Source: a virus
Lineage: Duplodnaviria; Caudoviricetes
Reading direction: 5' to 3' (one strand)
IMG/VR virus record: IMGVR_UViG_3300003894_000331
Span: 1-59,387 of that record
Length of the DNA: 59,387 nucleotides
In this document: positions 35,330 to 48,800 of the stretch, one piece after another
Numbering within the stretch: the first letter of the stretch is position 1
Layout: every line of letters starts with the position of its first letter
The notes under the pieces: model-generated
Seen by the model: the letters and a program-made list of their open reading frames with translations, nothing else
Database searches by the model: none
Told to the model about the DNA's origin: nothing
Program-made: the position numbers and the translations under genes

Positions 35330-35779
35330 TTATGAAATTGTTAATGTATCTTCAATAATATCAAATCCAATACCCTCATGGTCTACTGGGTTAGTAGGAG
35401 GTGTGTCAGGCAACATATAGATAGCCAAGAACTCTTCAATTAGTATGGTTACATCACAACCAAAGCACATGAACTTTTCTTTTATCTCATCTATTCTGTA
35501 GTTAGTGTAAAACAATTCTCTCTCTGCTTCTGTCATTCCATCTTTGCTGTACTCATAATATGCCATCACAAGTAGGGCAAACAGATAGTGAAAGTTGTTC
35601 GCAAAATCTTCACCGGTTAACTCATCCTTAATAACAGGATTATACTCTCCGTGTGATCTTCTCTCATATGAGCTGTTAACGAATTTAAGTATACATTCTC
35701 GTGCATGTGAGTAATAATTCACAGAGAAGTCCTGTAACCGTGAGTCAAATATTTTAATCATATTAGCCATTAGGAGCAA
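35330..35779 (-). CDS. Putative tail-associated structural protein
   Basis: 149 aa between structural genes; KFMCFGCD. Confidence 0.5.
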   Translation of the reverse strand: MLLMANMIKIFDSRLQDFSVNYYSHARECILKFVNSSYERRSHGEYNPVIKDELTGEDFANNFHYLFALLVMAYYEYSKDGMTEAERELFYTNYRIDEIKEKFMCFGCDVTILIEEFLAIYMLPDTPPTNPVDHEGIGFDIIEDTLTIS

Positions 35780-36828
35780 ATGTTACAGTTTTTCTTAATA
35801 TCGATAAGCTTTGTAATAAGCATGTTCGCTTCAGACAGTGCATCTCCATTTATGATAGGATCATTATAAGAGTTCATTCCCATTGCATAATCCTCATTTA
35901 AATAAGATAACAGTGTTAAGAATGCTGCTCCGAATACATTGAGGAAGTTCCTCTTCTTGCGGTCCAACTCTATCTCATCAGGAGTACAAGGGTTGTCATC
36001 ACAGCCACACTTACTGCACAGAACATCAAAAACAACAGCTTTATAGCAAGCCACTAAGGAGCAAATCTCTATTATCAGAACGTCCTCTACAACTTCCTGA
36101 GCGGACTCTGTTCCTTTAAGTAATCTTACAACGTAAATACCATCCTCATAAGTGTTTCCATCACTATCAGTATAGCTTTGGAGGTTAAGAGTAATGGCAT
36201 CATCCACAATAGTTCCCCACGATGTTATAAAACCAGTACGGTTAATGTACTGTTCCAATGTCATCAAGGCATAGTTTGTCGCACCTGTACCGGTAGTAAC
36301 AATATTGTAGTTATAACAACTTGTCTTTGTAGGCACAGCTGACCCTGTTTGTAATTCTGCATACCCTTTGTCGTAATAGAATGTATAATTTCCATCAGCG
36401 ACTAAAGCAGCAAACAACGCTTTAACTGTTGCAACATCAGTAGAAGTGATTTTCTCCCAGTACAATACATCTATACCAGGAAACTTACCAGTTCCACCTT
36501 GTATACATTTGTAGAAAGCATAAGGAGAAAATGGACTATCTGTTTCGTTATAGTCTTTACCGTAAACTATATCACCTGCCTTGTATGTGGTAGCACGGTC
36601 CCAAAAAGGAACTCCATATACCTCAGCTTCAACAGTAGAGTTTACAAGCAATTCTATTGACCATGAATCAAACATAGGCTGATCTAGTACCATGCCTGGA
36701 GTACCTGCATCATGGAACACAACGAAAGCATTTACTTCCCTTTCATCAGTACCCCATGGAGACAAATCCTTAACACGAATACCAACGTCAATAAGCTCAA
36801 CAGCTATTTTAAAATTTGCAGCATCCAT
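35770..36828 (-). CDS. Putative tail hub-like protein with CBM5/12-like insert and Cys-rich C-terminus
   Basis: WDRATTYKAGDIVY...YKCIQ...YWEKI; CSKCGC...NCNICS. Confidence 0.55.
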   Translation of the reverse strand: MDAANFKIAVELIDVGIRVKDLSPWGTDEREVNAFVVFHDAGTPGMVLDQPMFDSWSIELLVNSTVEAEVYGVPFWDRATTYKAGDIVYGKDYNETDSPFSPYAFYKCIQGGTGKFPGIDVLYWEKITSTDVATVKALFAALVADGNYTFYYDKGYAELQTGSAVPTKTSCYNYNIVTTGTGATNYALMTLEQYINRTGFITSWGTIVDDAITLNLQSYTDSDGNTYEDGIYVVRLLKGTESAQEVVEDVLIIEICSLVACYKAVVFDVLCSKCGCDDNPCTPDEIELDRKKRNFLNVFGAAFLTLLSYLNEDYAMGMNSYNDPIINGDALSEANMLITKLIDIKKNCNICS

Positions 36829-36833
36829 TTCTA

Positions 36834-39800
36834 TTATTCTTTAGTTTCGTTAATAATATCATTTCCTAATTTCACAGTGCTACCAAGTGGTAATACATGT
36901 GATAAATTCTTTTCAGGTTCTCTGAGCATAATCACATTGAATACACTCTTTGCCATATTCACAACCGGTAAAGCTGTAAACATACTCATCATATAACCTG
37001 GAGATGTGAGAATAGCAGTCTGCATACCCTCAGTCATAGCTCTCCATATTCTTCTGTAACGAAGAGCCCAATTATCTTCATCTTCACTTTCAGCCAGTGA
37101 TGATAAACCGGTGTAAGCAAAGTAAGCAGTTGCAATAAATAGTAAGTCAAGTGAGGCCCTTACCAAATTGTACTTCTCAAGCTCTGACATATTTTGCCAT
37201 TGCCAGATGGATCTCGTTTGGTTAACCCACTCATACTTACTTAGAACATTAGCCACAAACGGAGTAGACTTAAGTAGTATCTTACTTGCAGTAACCCAAC
37301 TACCTTCTTTTTCGTATGTCTGCCATGCTCTTACAAAGTTTCCTTCCTCATCTTCACGAATAACCTTTTTACCTCCTTCAAACGCTTCAATCTTAGATCC
37401 AAGACGTTCACCAATCTTAGTTGTCATAAACTTCTTGAACTGTAGAACAAGATTTGCAAAGAAATAACTGTCACCGTTTATCGATGCTTCTTTGTTATAC
37501 ACACCAACCACGAACTGCGAACCAACATGTTCCAATCTCCTTTGATCCTGGACATCATATGCTCTCACAGGAGCAAGTTTATCCTTTTGTTGATCCATTA
37601 CCCTCTCATCCTGAGAAAGTGATTCTACAAGCCAATTACGCAGCTCTGCTTGCTTTTTATCACTCTGGTAGTTATTGATACGTGTATCCTTAGATGCATT
37701 ATATACAACTTCACCTTTTTCATTAAGTGAATGTGCATCCCATGTACCATCATGCTTCATTTGAGCAACAGCAGCCATGGCTCGCATAGATAAGTCAGTC
37801 CACCTGTTCATAAAGTGAGCTGCATTACTATGCCATGGACTTCTAAAGGTTACATCATAACGAGGATTTACCAGATAATCCCATCTATCGGATTCAATCA
37901 CCTGATAGTACTCCATTATCTTACGCACCTTTTTGAAGTTGACTGTATATTCCTTAACAGCACTGGCCCAGTTCTTAAAGTTAAACAGATCATAAGGATT
38001 AGCTCCTGATATGTTAACCGCAACTGAGTTCATTATAGATTCAAATGTGTTTGCTGTAAGAGACGTAACAGCTACCGGTATACTAAGAGCAACTCCGTTG
38101 AATGTAGTAATACGAATCATCATTCTACCAAATCCCTCGATGTTATCCGAAAGCTTACTGTCTTTAAAGTGCTTTTGATGTCTACCAAGAACATTCTTTT
38201 CAAACATTACTCTCAAGTGCTTCGCTACTCTACCTTTGTCAGTATCACTGAACATCTTAACTGTATCAGCAGCAATCTTAGCCTCACGGTAAGCAGGAAG
38301 TAAACGGTCCTCAAGAATAGGCTTACTTATACTATCCATAGCCATGTACTTAGCTATATTAAAGAGGTTCTTTGTGTATATAGTATTATTTTTAATGTCC
38401 TTAACAATAATGTTACCATCAACATCTTCGAGCCCTATGTTCGCCAGACGTTTGTCATCACCAAATGCAGAAGTTCCTTCACCACCTACCTGATTCAAGA
38501 ATACAGAGTTTACTGATTCATCTAATGTAGTATGGTCATCAACAAGAACATCCTGAAATACCTGTTCAGGATTAGAGGTCTGATATGAGAACTTTCTCAT
38601 AGCCTGAAGTACTTTACCCTCCTTGAGATATGTGGATGTGCCTTTCCTTAATAATGGAATACGTCCTTTTTCCCAATGATCATTATAATACTTCATGGTC
38701 ATACTTTCAAGCTTCTTCTCATTGAATGAGCCATCTTTAAATACTGCAAAGCTGTACTTAAACTTAGCACGGATAAGGTTTATCATATACTCCTCAACCT
38801 TTTCAGCAATAAACTGGCTGTACTCAAACTCTTCCTGACTTAAAGTACCATTACCAATAGCCTGTTTGGTTAAAGGATCATTGATATCATGGTGTATTCT
38901 GAATGTATTTACACTCTCTCCATCGATCTCCTCATAAATAAAGAACTTGTCAAAGTAGTTTTCACTTGCATCAACCATTCTCTCCACTATCTTCTGAGAA
39001 GGATTCTTCTTATTATGCATCTTCATTATCTTTTCAGTCTCATCTGAAAGGATCTGTTGTTCCTTTGCAAACAAACCACTGATAATTCCGAGCTCATTCC
39101 TCATACTGTTGTAGAATGACTGAATAATCCTATTGCCTTGATCTGCCTGATTCATTAAGAATGAACGGTAGATGCCTGGTTCTTTAATATTCTTCTCTGA
39201 CACATCAATCATTGTATTAAATTCGAACAATGCATTGGAGATAGTCTGATATTCATTTTCATCAACAAGATGCTTTGTGATATCACTCGACATTAAGCGA
39301 TCTAAGCTATGTTTATACAGCCTTAAGCTCTCAAGCAACTTCTTCACATTTCCTCTTCCTGAGACAACGTCAGATAGCTGAGAAACGATTCCTTTGATAC
39401 TTGGATCATTCGCTCTTTTGTAATTGCTATCAGAGAACATACTCAATAACACTTCGAAGTAATCAGGAGAATACTTTTCATACCTGAACACATCAGGACT
39501 AGTTATTAGACCTCTTAGCTGTGGTGATAGAGATTCTTTGAACTCTTCATTTCCTGATAGGGCCTGAAGATTCTTCAACGCTTGGATAAGGTTTACCTGA
39601 GTGTAAGTAATGCTACCAGATACATCATCCATCTCACTCAGTCCTATTGCACGAATATTTACCCTGTCACCTGCAATCTGCTTCATTTGCATTACAGTCA
39701 TAGCCATTTTGAGCTTCTCAACGTTTGCAAGAGTAGCTTTCATGTTAACTCCTAAAGCAGATCCTTCAACATCACTCATATAATTTGATGATATAAGTCC

Positions 39801-42800
39801 TCCACGTAATCCTACGTTACCGAAGTTCACCTTACTTGGGAAAACCTTAACTAATGATATATCCATTGAAGTAACATCACCGCTTGATGTCATAACACTT
39901 CTATGAACTATGATTCTGGTATCGTTCTCAACACCGGGAGGAATAGAATCCTTTAAGGTAGGATACTTCTTGGTAAACTGTGTTGGCGTATAGGAAACAG
40001 AGTTGCTATTCCAACCGATGTTTTCTGAGAACTTAACAAGAGTCTCCTTGAATTTCGTATCATTCTCCTTTCCTCCTAATTTGAAGTAACTAGAGACAGT
40101 GTGAACATCTGCTTTTCCACCGTCAGCAGTGTTGCGTAACCACCTGAATACGTTCTTAGAAACCTTTGCGCCATCTTTATACAACTTAGGAAGATACTTC
40201 TCAACCATCACTCTGATTGCACCCTCTTTGTCATTGTTTGTCACATATGGTTCAAAATTATAAGTCACCCCGTCTGCATACAACTTCTTGTTTTTCCTCC
40301 TCTTAATCCTATTCCATAGATTATTTGCATGCCTTTCCATCACATACTCATCAACTGTCAGCTTACTGTCTTTTAACAACATTGCGTCAGCCATATCCTG
40401 AATATCAGTAATAGGCTTAGATGCTGCCAGATATGAGTTGTACTTATTTTGTAATGCTGATATATCATTCTTTGTAGGATCAAACTTTCCGGATCTCACA
40501 TTCTTAATCATTTTATCTACAACACGTCCTATAGTATCATTTGGATCTATTTTGATGTCGGTACCAAATAACATGTTAATGTATGATATTATATCATTCC
40601 ATGCGTTCCTGATAGCTTTGAGTATCCTCTGACGTACTGACGGCTTTTTACCTGACAGCAGTGCATCAATCTTACTCTCGGAATTAAATCCCATAAGAGT
40701 AGCAGCAACCTCATATACTAAAGCTTTCTTATCAAGTGCCGGATAGTTATGAGCAATTCTCACAGCTAAAGGATCATTGTTATTAATCATGTTTTCAGCT
40801 ATACCAATAACCTCATACCCTGCTCCATCCCATAAGTAAACGTGGGCCATCTCATGGAAGTAAGTATCCATGGTTACAAGGTCACTGTTGTAATGTATAG
40901 TGCCGTTCTCTATGTATCCTTTTAATCCTGGGTACTTAGTTGTTTTGTTATTTACAATAACCGCACCCCTGCTGAATGAAGTATTCTTAACGAGCTCCTC
41001 AAGCGTGTTAGCACTCATTGCTCTTCTTTTGCCAATATCCCTACTTGCTACAGGTTCAGATGCAACTTTACTCTTAGCAGTCTCCTCATATTCCTTCTGA
41101 CTTGTCTTTGTAATAGTAATACTGTTGAATGTTTTTCTGAACTGAGCGTACTCAGTATTTATCCTGATAAGGTTAGCAGGTACTTCTGCTTTTTTCTTAT
41201 GAACTATCAGCCCTCTGAATGTATGTTTGTAAGCATATCTTATGGTAGTAGCATGATCGTCCATCCACTCCCTTAAGTTTCCAACATCACTGAAACGTGT
41301 TGTCTCTTCATTGGAGTTAGTTACAAAGCGAGTAGGAAGTCTCTTCATATAACCAGACACCTGATTATACATCTGCTCATACTTGGCCCTTCCATCGACA
41401 GTGCGTAAGTATCTTCCCGGTACAGTCGTTTGTCTGTTCCTGCCGAATATACCTGAATCAATCTTCTTATACACCATTGATATCTCTGGAGGCACATAAG
41501 TATCATTTGCCCTCTTCGTGAAGTACCGGTATAGGTTACTGTCATTAATAACGGCATTTCCTACAAAGTTACTCCTCACATTAAGAATGAATGAAGGATC
41601 TTCTGATACACTATCAATGAATGTACCCAACTCTTTAGCCATGAAGTTACCAATAAAGTTAGTCAATGAGAAGTACCCTCCTGCATTAAACCCTGAACGT
41701 AACAGGTTATATGCAAAGAACAATTTCTTAGTCTTATCGTCCAGAAGTTTAAATGATTCGGATATCACTGACAGCTCTGCATCAGTAAGCGTATTATGGT
41801 CACGAACAATCAATGAGCCATTATCAATGATTAGTGAGTCAAGGAACTTGTTGATAGAACCATCAGGATCCTTCGCCATTCCATTTTCCTTGACAGCCAT
41901 AATGTATTGAGGAAACTCAAATGTAAAGTATAATGACTGTGTATAGTTGTTGAGGTTAATGTTCTCAGCAGCGCTATTGGTTATATTCACGCCATACGCT
42001 CCCTGTACTGATTCGCCATTAAACCTTGTCAAGTCTATGCTTGTGAAATCTTCATCACTTGTACGTGTAAAAAACTCATCAACGTATGCGTTCTGAAGTT
42101 GGTTCCTAAGAGCTACATACTCACCGTTAGAAAGCCTACTTTTCTTTTGCATATCAGTGTACTGATTTTCGATATGATCCATGGCATTACCATTCCATAC
42201 AAAGTGTCTCATATTATCATTGGCATACTTAATCATTGTCAAGTATGTTTTGATATTACGGAAACTTCTGAGCATGTCAGGAAGATTCTTAAACTTACTA
42301 CGGATAGCATTCTCCCTTGTCATCCATGCATTATATGGAGACTGACGTTGAGATCTGAATAAACTGATGTTAGGACCGGTAATAGCAATCTCTATCTTGC
42401 CATCTCTTCCTAATGTGGATTTACTTTTCTCGATCTCCTCAACTCTAGCAGTAATATCACCTACAACCCTTTCAATAGCTTCCTCGGTAGGGTCCGCTAC
42501 ACCTGAAGAGGCATGAATACTATTCTTACCGTGTATAGCATGTACCTTGGCATAGAGTCCTTGATTAAACGGATTAAATACGAACTGTGCATCGATATCA
42601 CGTTCTCTTCTACTAAGACCATCCTTTTTAGTAATAGTATGCCACAAGGATAGCAATGATTTATCATCAGTCTCAACCTCATTAAAGTTGTTCTTAGGAC
42701 GTAACCCCTTATACCTATCAGAGCTTCTAGTAGTACCGCTGCTGTCATATACATTCATCTTGGCTTCATTAGTGAAACGCTTACCTTTTTCGTAGTAAAC

Positions 42801-45800
42801 AGTCACATTGATACCTTTATTTGCGAATGCGTTTGCAATAGCTTGATCAAAACCACTCTCACCGGTTGTACGTATCGATATCTTATCAGCTACACCTGAG
42901 TCAATAAGACCATCTAACAGTTGATTAACATAGTTGTTAATTTCTGCCTGGGAAGTATTACTCCACTGTTGGAATACAGATTCCTTAAGCAAGTGATTAC
43001 CTTTATCCCTCCACTCATAGTTGCTTTCCTCTTTTTTGTTCACAAGGTTTTCTAACGTTGTGCCGGTAGCAAATTCTGTTCTCTCTATAAAGTCATACAG
43101 CTCATACTGACTTGATGGTATGTTCTTGTTAAGCCTTAGTATCGGAACTACACGCCTAATACTTTCACCAACAATCATCATGTTGTATATCTCACGGTAC
43201 TCACTTAAGTTAGTCTCAGTATCCTTCCGGATCTTCTCAATGTATGAGTCACTGTTCTCATCAGTAAGTTCTGAAAGCTCCTGTCTTGTGGCTTCAATCT
43301 TATCATCGATATCCACAAGGGCATTTTCAGCATACTTGTCGAATGTTCTACTGTTGAATACATAATCCTTACGGACAATCTCCTTTATTTCTGCTTCATT
43401 GTACTCACGACCTTTATGAACATACTTGTCATCAGTCATTGTAATAACCTCTCTTTCCACAAGGTCAGTAACGAAGTTGTCAAGGAACTCATCGAAAGCA
43501 GTATCAGAACCTGATATCAGTTTTGTTATCTTATCAAATCCACGTTTGTTCTCAAGGAAATCAGTTATCTCCTCAGTCTTTATTGTGCCATTTGAACCAT
43601 CATCATACAACTGTATCAATTTGTGTCCTGCCTCTTTCTGTTCCTGATATTTAGTCATCATCCTAGCAAGACGGTCCACTCTATTCTTTCTCATAGCATC
43701 ATAGACAGCATCATCTTTAGTCTCATACTTACGGATAATCTTTTCAACGTAGTCGAACTGGTCAAATGCTGTTGAACCAATAGACCTACCGTTATGAGCT
43801 TTACGGAATATGTCCTGGACTTTATTACTTGCTAACATATCGTAGATCTCATTCTTACTTTTACCTGACATTGCAAGCGCAGCTATGAATGAACCACTCT
43901 CAGTATTGATGTTTAGCATATCCAGAATCATCAGCTTTGGGTTGTCCACTGAAATCTGCAATAATTCACCTAACGTATCGATGATATAATGCACTTTGTC
44001 CTCCACTTGGAATGTACCCTCATTATTGAACTGCATATCCTCTGAAAGAAACTGTTTCCTTTGTGACTCAGTAAGCTGATTTAACTTTGAGTAAACATGT
44101 ATCATGTTAGCGAATACACTAACCATTTGTTTACCGGTATGAGATGCAATAAAGTTCTTAATATTGGTAGAGAAATCATTGTTCAATAGAACCTCATTCT
44201 TCTGCTTAGTCTCAGCACGCTCAACAGCATCATTAACATTAAGCCTGATAAAGATGTGATCCTTTTGCTTATAGTCTACCCAATCATTGTACAGTAAGTC
44301 GAACTTCTTATTCATGAGTGCGCCTATACTTTGATCCTGGAACCTGTTATTGGTCACACTTGGAGCAACTGGACTGTTACCTGAAGTAGTGATGCCTCTG
44401 AATAATACAGTTAACTGGTCAATATCGTAGTCGGAGTCATCAAATAGTATCTTCTCAGATGAAACATATACTGTGGTACCCGAGTCGTATGTGAATGATG
44501 TAACCTCTCCTGCAAATGCAAGACCTTTTGAAGTTGACGGTATCCTAGCAGCAAACACATCCAATGTATCGAGGAAAGCAGAATAGTATTTCGTCAATGC
44601 TTTTGCATCCTCGAACTGGATAGTACCTAAGTTCTTAAAGAATGATTTATCATCAAACTTATTGAAGTTGTCATTGATAAACTTACTTAACTCAGTTTTG
44701 ACTGCTTCCTTATTTGTATAGTACTCATTACCTAGTTCATTCTTAAGATAAGCACGTAGATTTATGTTCTTACCTCCAACAACGAAGTTGAGTATCTCAT
44801 TAAGAGTGTGTCTGTTCTGTCTGGAAATACCAAACTCTTCAGCATATACAAATGGCATGGCAACCTCTGCAGGAATAATACCCTCATTTTCTTGATCGAT
44901 GCGAGTATGTTTCAATGGAGATGAAGTAGTCTTATCAGTAATTTTAAATAATCCCCTTTCGATATCCTCCATTGTTGCACGAATAGTTCCATTCTCAGTC
45001 TCTATATCATAATACTTAATGAACATATCACCTGCAGCCTGTACCATTTTCAACCCTGGCACTTTAAAGTCAACAGCGTTCTGTAGCCTCTTCATGAATG
45101 TGGGCCACAACTTATTCATTACAGTAGGAATGTTAATTGAGAGTTCCGGGATATTCAAAAGATCATTAAGAGATGACGCTCCTTTAATCTTATCAACGAT
45201 GTCAGATCCTAATCCTCTGAAAGCTTCTGAGAACTTGTCAAGATCATTTACTCCAAATTCATCTTTGATGTTCATAAAGAGCTTCTCAGTGATAAAACTA
45301 TCGATGTTTGATATCGTAGCTCCATTACGGGAGTTAATGTTGGATATGAGCTTTATTTGGCTCAAGTCAGTAACTCTTCTCTCAGTTATACTTTGATTAG
45401 CATTCAGAACGAATAACTCATCCTGTGTTCTCTGTGTATCAATACGTATATCATCACCTTTAATGAACTTATCCCAACTCATATAGTTTACATTAGGAGA
45501 GTGCATCTTAGCTGTAGAAACAAACTCTATCCTTGCAATCGTACCCTGAAGTAAATCTACTCCATGAACTATACGGACGTTCTCAACGTATTCAGCTAAC
45601 ATACTCATAGCCTCAGTAGGAGTATTATCCTCAACATATTCCTGATACTTATTCCAAAGATTTGTCTCTACTCCCTCTATTTGTGGGAACTCTGCCTTTG
45701 AATGATTACCCTGAAGCATTAGCTTTGTGAGTGAATTGTATAGTTCTGGATTATGAGCATAAAAGTCATCGTTCAGGGTAACATTCGCAGATTTCTTGTA

Positions 45801-48800
45801 CTGGCCTAAACCAGTGTTAGGATCAATACCGGTAGCAATCGTTTTCATGGTATTGTCATTCTGATTCATGTATGACGCATTACCACCGTAAGCTTTATTA
45901 AGGAAATGTGTAAACAACCTATGAGTTAACATTGTACCGTCAGTGAACATATATTCATCTTTGATACCTAACATCTCCTTATAGTGTGAAGATACAGCAG
46001 ATTGATCTACCATTCTTGCTACATTAAATGTTGGACCTACCGTGAATACTGGTGTTACAAGGTCATCAGTGTTGGCAACATATCCCTGACCTACCATTGT
46101 CTTGGCATACTTAGCAAGTTTCCTGGCATCCTCAGATTGGAACTCATTACCCATAACAGTATTAACTAAGCTGTCATTAAACAGGAAGTATGAGTACACA
46201 AATGCTCTGTGTAACGGATTATACTCAACAGACTTCTGTACATTAGGTATAATCTTAACAGGCTTTTCTAACATCTTTGACATCCTGTTATTCCAACCAC
46301 TGATATCAACACTACGAGGTTGAAGGTTTGCGCTCTCCTTAATCATGTTTGTGTGGAGACGTAACCTGTCATCCATAATAACATCGATATAGTCAGCTTT
46401 CTGATCATTGTCCTTCAACTTCATCCAACCTTTGTAGTTCTGAAGTGTAAATGGTGACTCAGTAGCATATATGTTTGCCTCAGTCTCATAGGACATCTCT
46501 GTATTCTTTCCAATACGTATATAATAACGCTCTCCTGCCTTTTCTACAGTGTAGTCAACGTTACGTACCATTCCGGCTTTTGAAAGCTTATGAAGGTTTG
46601 TATTGGACGCAGACATCTTGTTAACTCCTGATAGATGTTCATTGATAGCATTGATTAAATACTCTGCTCTCTCTACCGGTGTGGAGTATTTTCCTATGTC
46701 AGTAACATTGGATACAATGCCAGCCCCAGTAGTTTCTCCAGTATAGACATCAATACCTGTCCATTTGTTAATACTAATGGCTGCTTTCTTGAAGTACACC
46801 TTGAACTTGTCATCGAACATATTGGCAAGCACCTCATTGTTCATTGTAACCTTTTTAATGTTTCCATCAACTTTAGTAACATCGAAAAGCCTACTTGACA
46901 CATCCTTGCCAAACGTAACATCGAATACAGGGAAGAAACCTGAGTCAGACATAGTGGTAGTCGATAGTCTGAGGACCTGTTCCTGATTATTCCTAAGTAC
47001 TGATGTCAGCCAGTGACCATAAACCATATGATTTATCATATCAGCTTCAGTAAGGTGTTTGATATCATGCGGAGTGAACTTGTCCTCAATACCTGAAGTG
47101 TAATGTAACTTAACAACGTTGATCTTACCGTTAAGTATAGGCTCTATTACTGTTCCATCAACTGTAAACGGATTGTTGAAATTGTTTGTGTTCTTAAGAG
47201 CATCACTGTAGAAGTTCATTAAAGCTTCTTGTCCTGTTCCAGAAGAGGTAAACATCCTAGACAGATGAGAACCTAACATTGCCTGGTTGACTGCTTTTCC
47301 TTCAGGTGTATATGTATAGCCTCTTGCATTGATAATATTCATCTCAGTTTCAACTGTTGCAAGTGCTGATGTATAATCATAGAATGATTCAATATGGATA
47401 TTAGCATCCTCGATAGTATCTTCAGGATCTAAAAGCTCACTCATCCGGATAGGATCTAACCTGTGCTTGTTGGCAAACTTTTCAACAGCATTCTTATAAT
47501 GGTTATTTGTATCCTGCTCGAAGTAGCTCCTCAATGTGTATGCTATTGCACCAAATCCATCAGCAATCTGATCAATGCCAATCTTTGAAGAGTAGTTAAT
47601 ACCAAGTATAGCATTACGAGTAGAAGATGTAACATAGATACCCATAGCTCGGAATAAATCATTCAGGAGCTTCTGGTCCTTACCACCTACCCACTCGAAT
47701 GTGCCTTTATTCTCATTGTAACGGATAGCCTCTACCTTTTTACCTTTATTGTAGTGTATCGATATGGAGTTGCCCTCAACAGATAATGTTCTACTAGGCT
47801 TCTTATCTGTTTTATTTGCCGGAAGAACTAATGTTTCAGCGTTGTTCCTTAATCCCTCTTCGGCAAAGAACCTTGATACAAGTGCTGAGTTGAAGATACG
47901 TTTCTGCTCCTCAACATTTGTGTTGTTTCTTTTCTTACTCTGGAACCAGCTTCCATCTTCATCTCTTTTGTGCTCCACTGATACATAGTCAGCAACCTGT
48001 GCTGATACATAAAGTGAGGCAAAAGCGTTCAGGATATCTGAGGCATATGCTGATTTATTCTTAACCTTATTGGCTAGTGTACCCTCTGTGGATATCTCAT
48101 CCATAAGGATGCTGTTATCATTGTAGCCTAACTGTTTAAGAATAGCGTTCTGAAACTTATAGTAATGATATGGCTTCAGTAGAGTGTCGTCTGTGATACC
48201 CTGCTGCAATCCTGTTACAAGTGAACCATTCTTATTAATCCTTAAGTAACCGAGATCTAAAAGGAATGATGCAAGCATATTTGCATTTTCATTCGTGCCA
48301 TCACTCTTCGAGCTCTTAATGTAGTCATGCATTATCTTGAAAGCACGTGTTACCGGATCTACACCGTTATCACCGTTAGTACCATAATCTTTGAATACCT
48401 CGATTAGAACTGCTTTCAGCTTAGAACCTGATGCATTCTGAGGAGTACCAGGAACTAACTTAATGGACTTGTTTACAACCTTAACCCTTTTAAAGTGTAT
48501 GGAATTCAGCTCATTATTAAGGATGGCAGATGTCTTTTGCTCTAATGATTTGGCATTAAAGTCATCTCTCATCACCTCATTGGAACTGGACTCCACTGTA
48601 TTCTCATTGAAGTTGATAGTAGGTAACATAACAGCCATTAAAGACTCTTTGAATAATGTATTGTCAGCTATCTTTTTGGATAAGTGTACAAGCCTCTGTG
48701 TTTTGTTCTTAGCATATGTAACATCCTTTTGACCTTTAATTAAATCATTCTGAGCTGCTACCATATTTAAGCCCTCAGTAATTACATCATAATACTGGTC

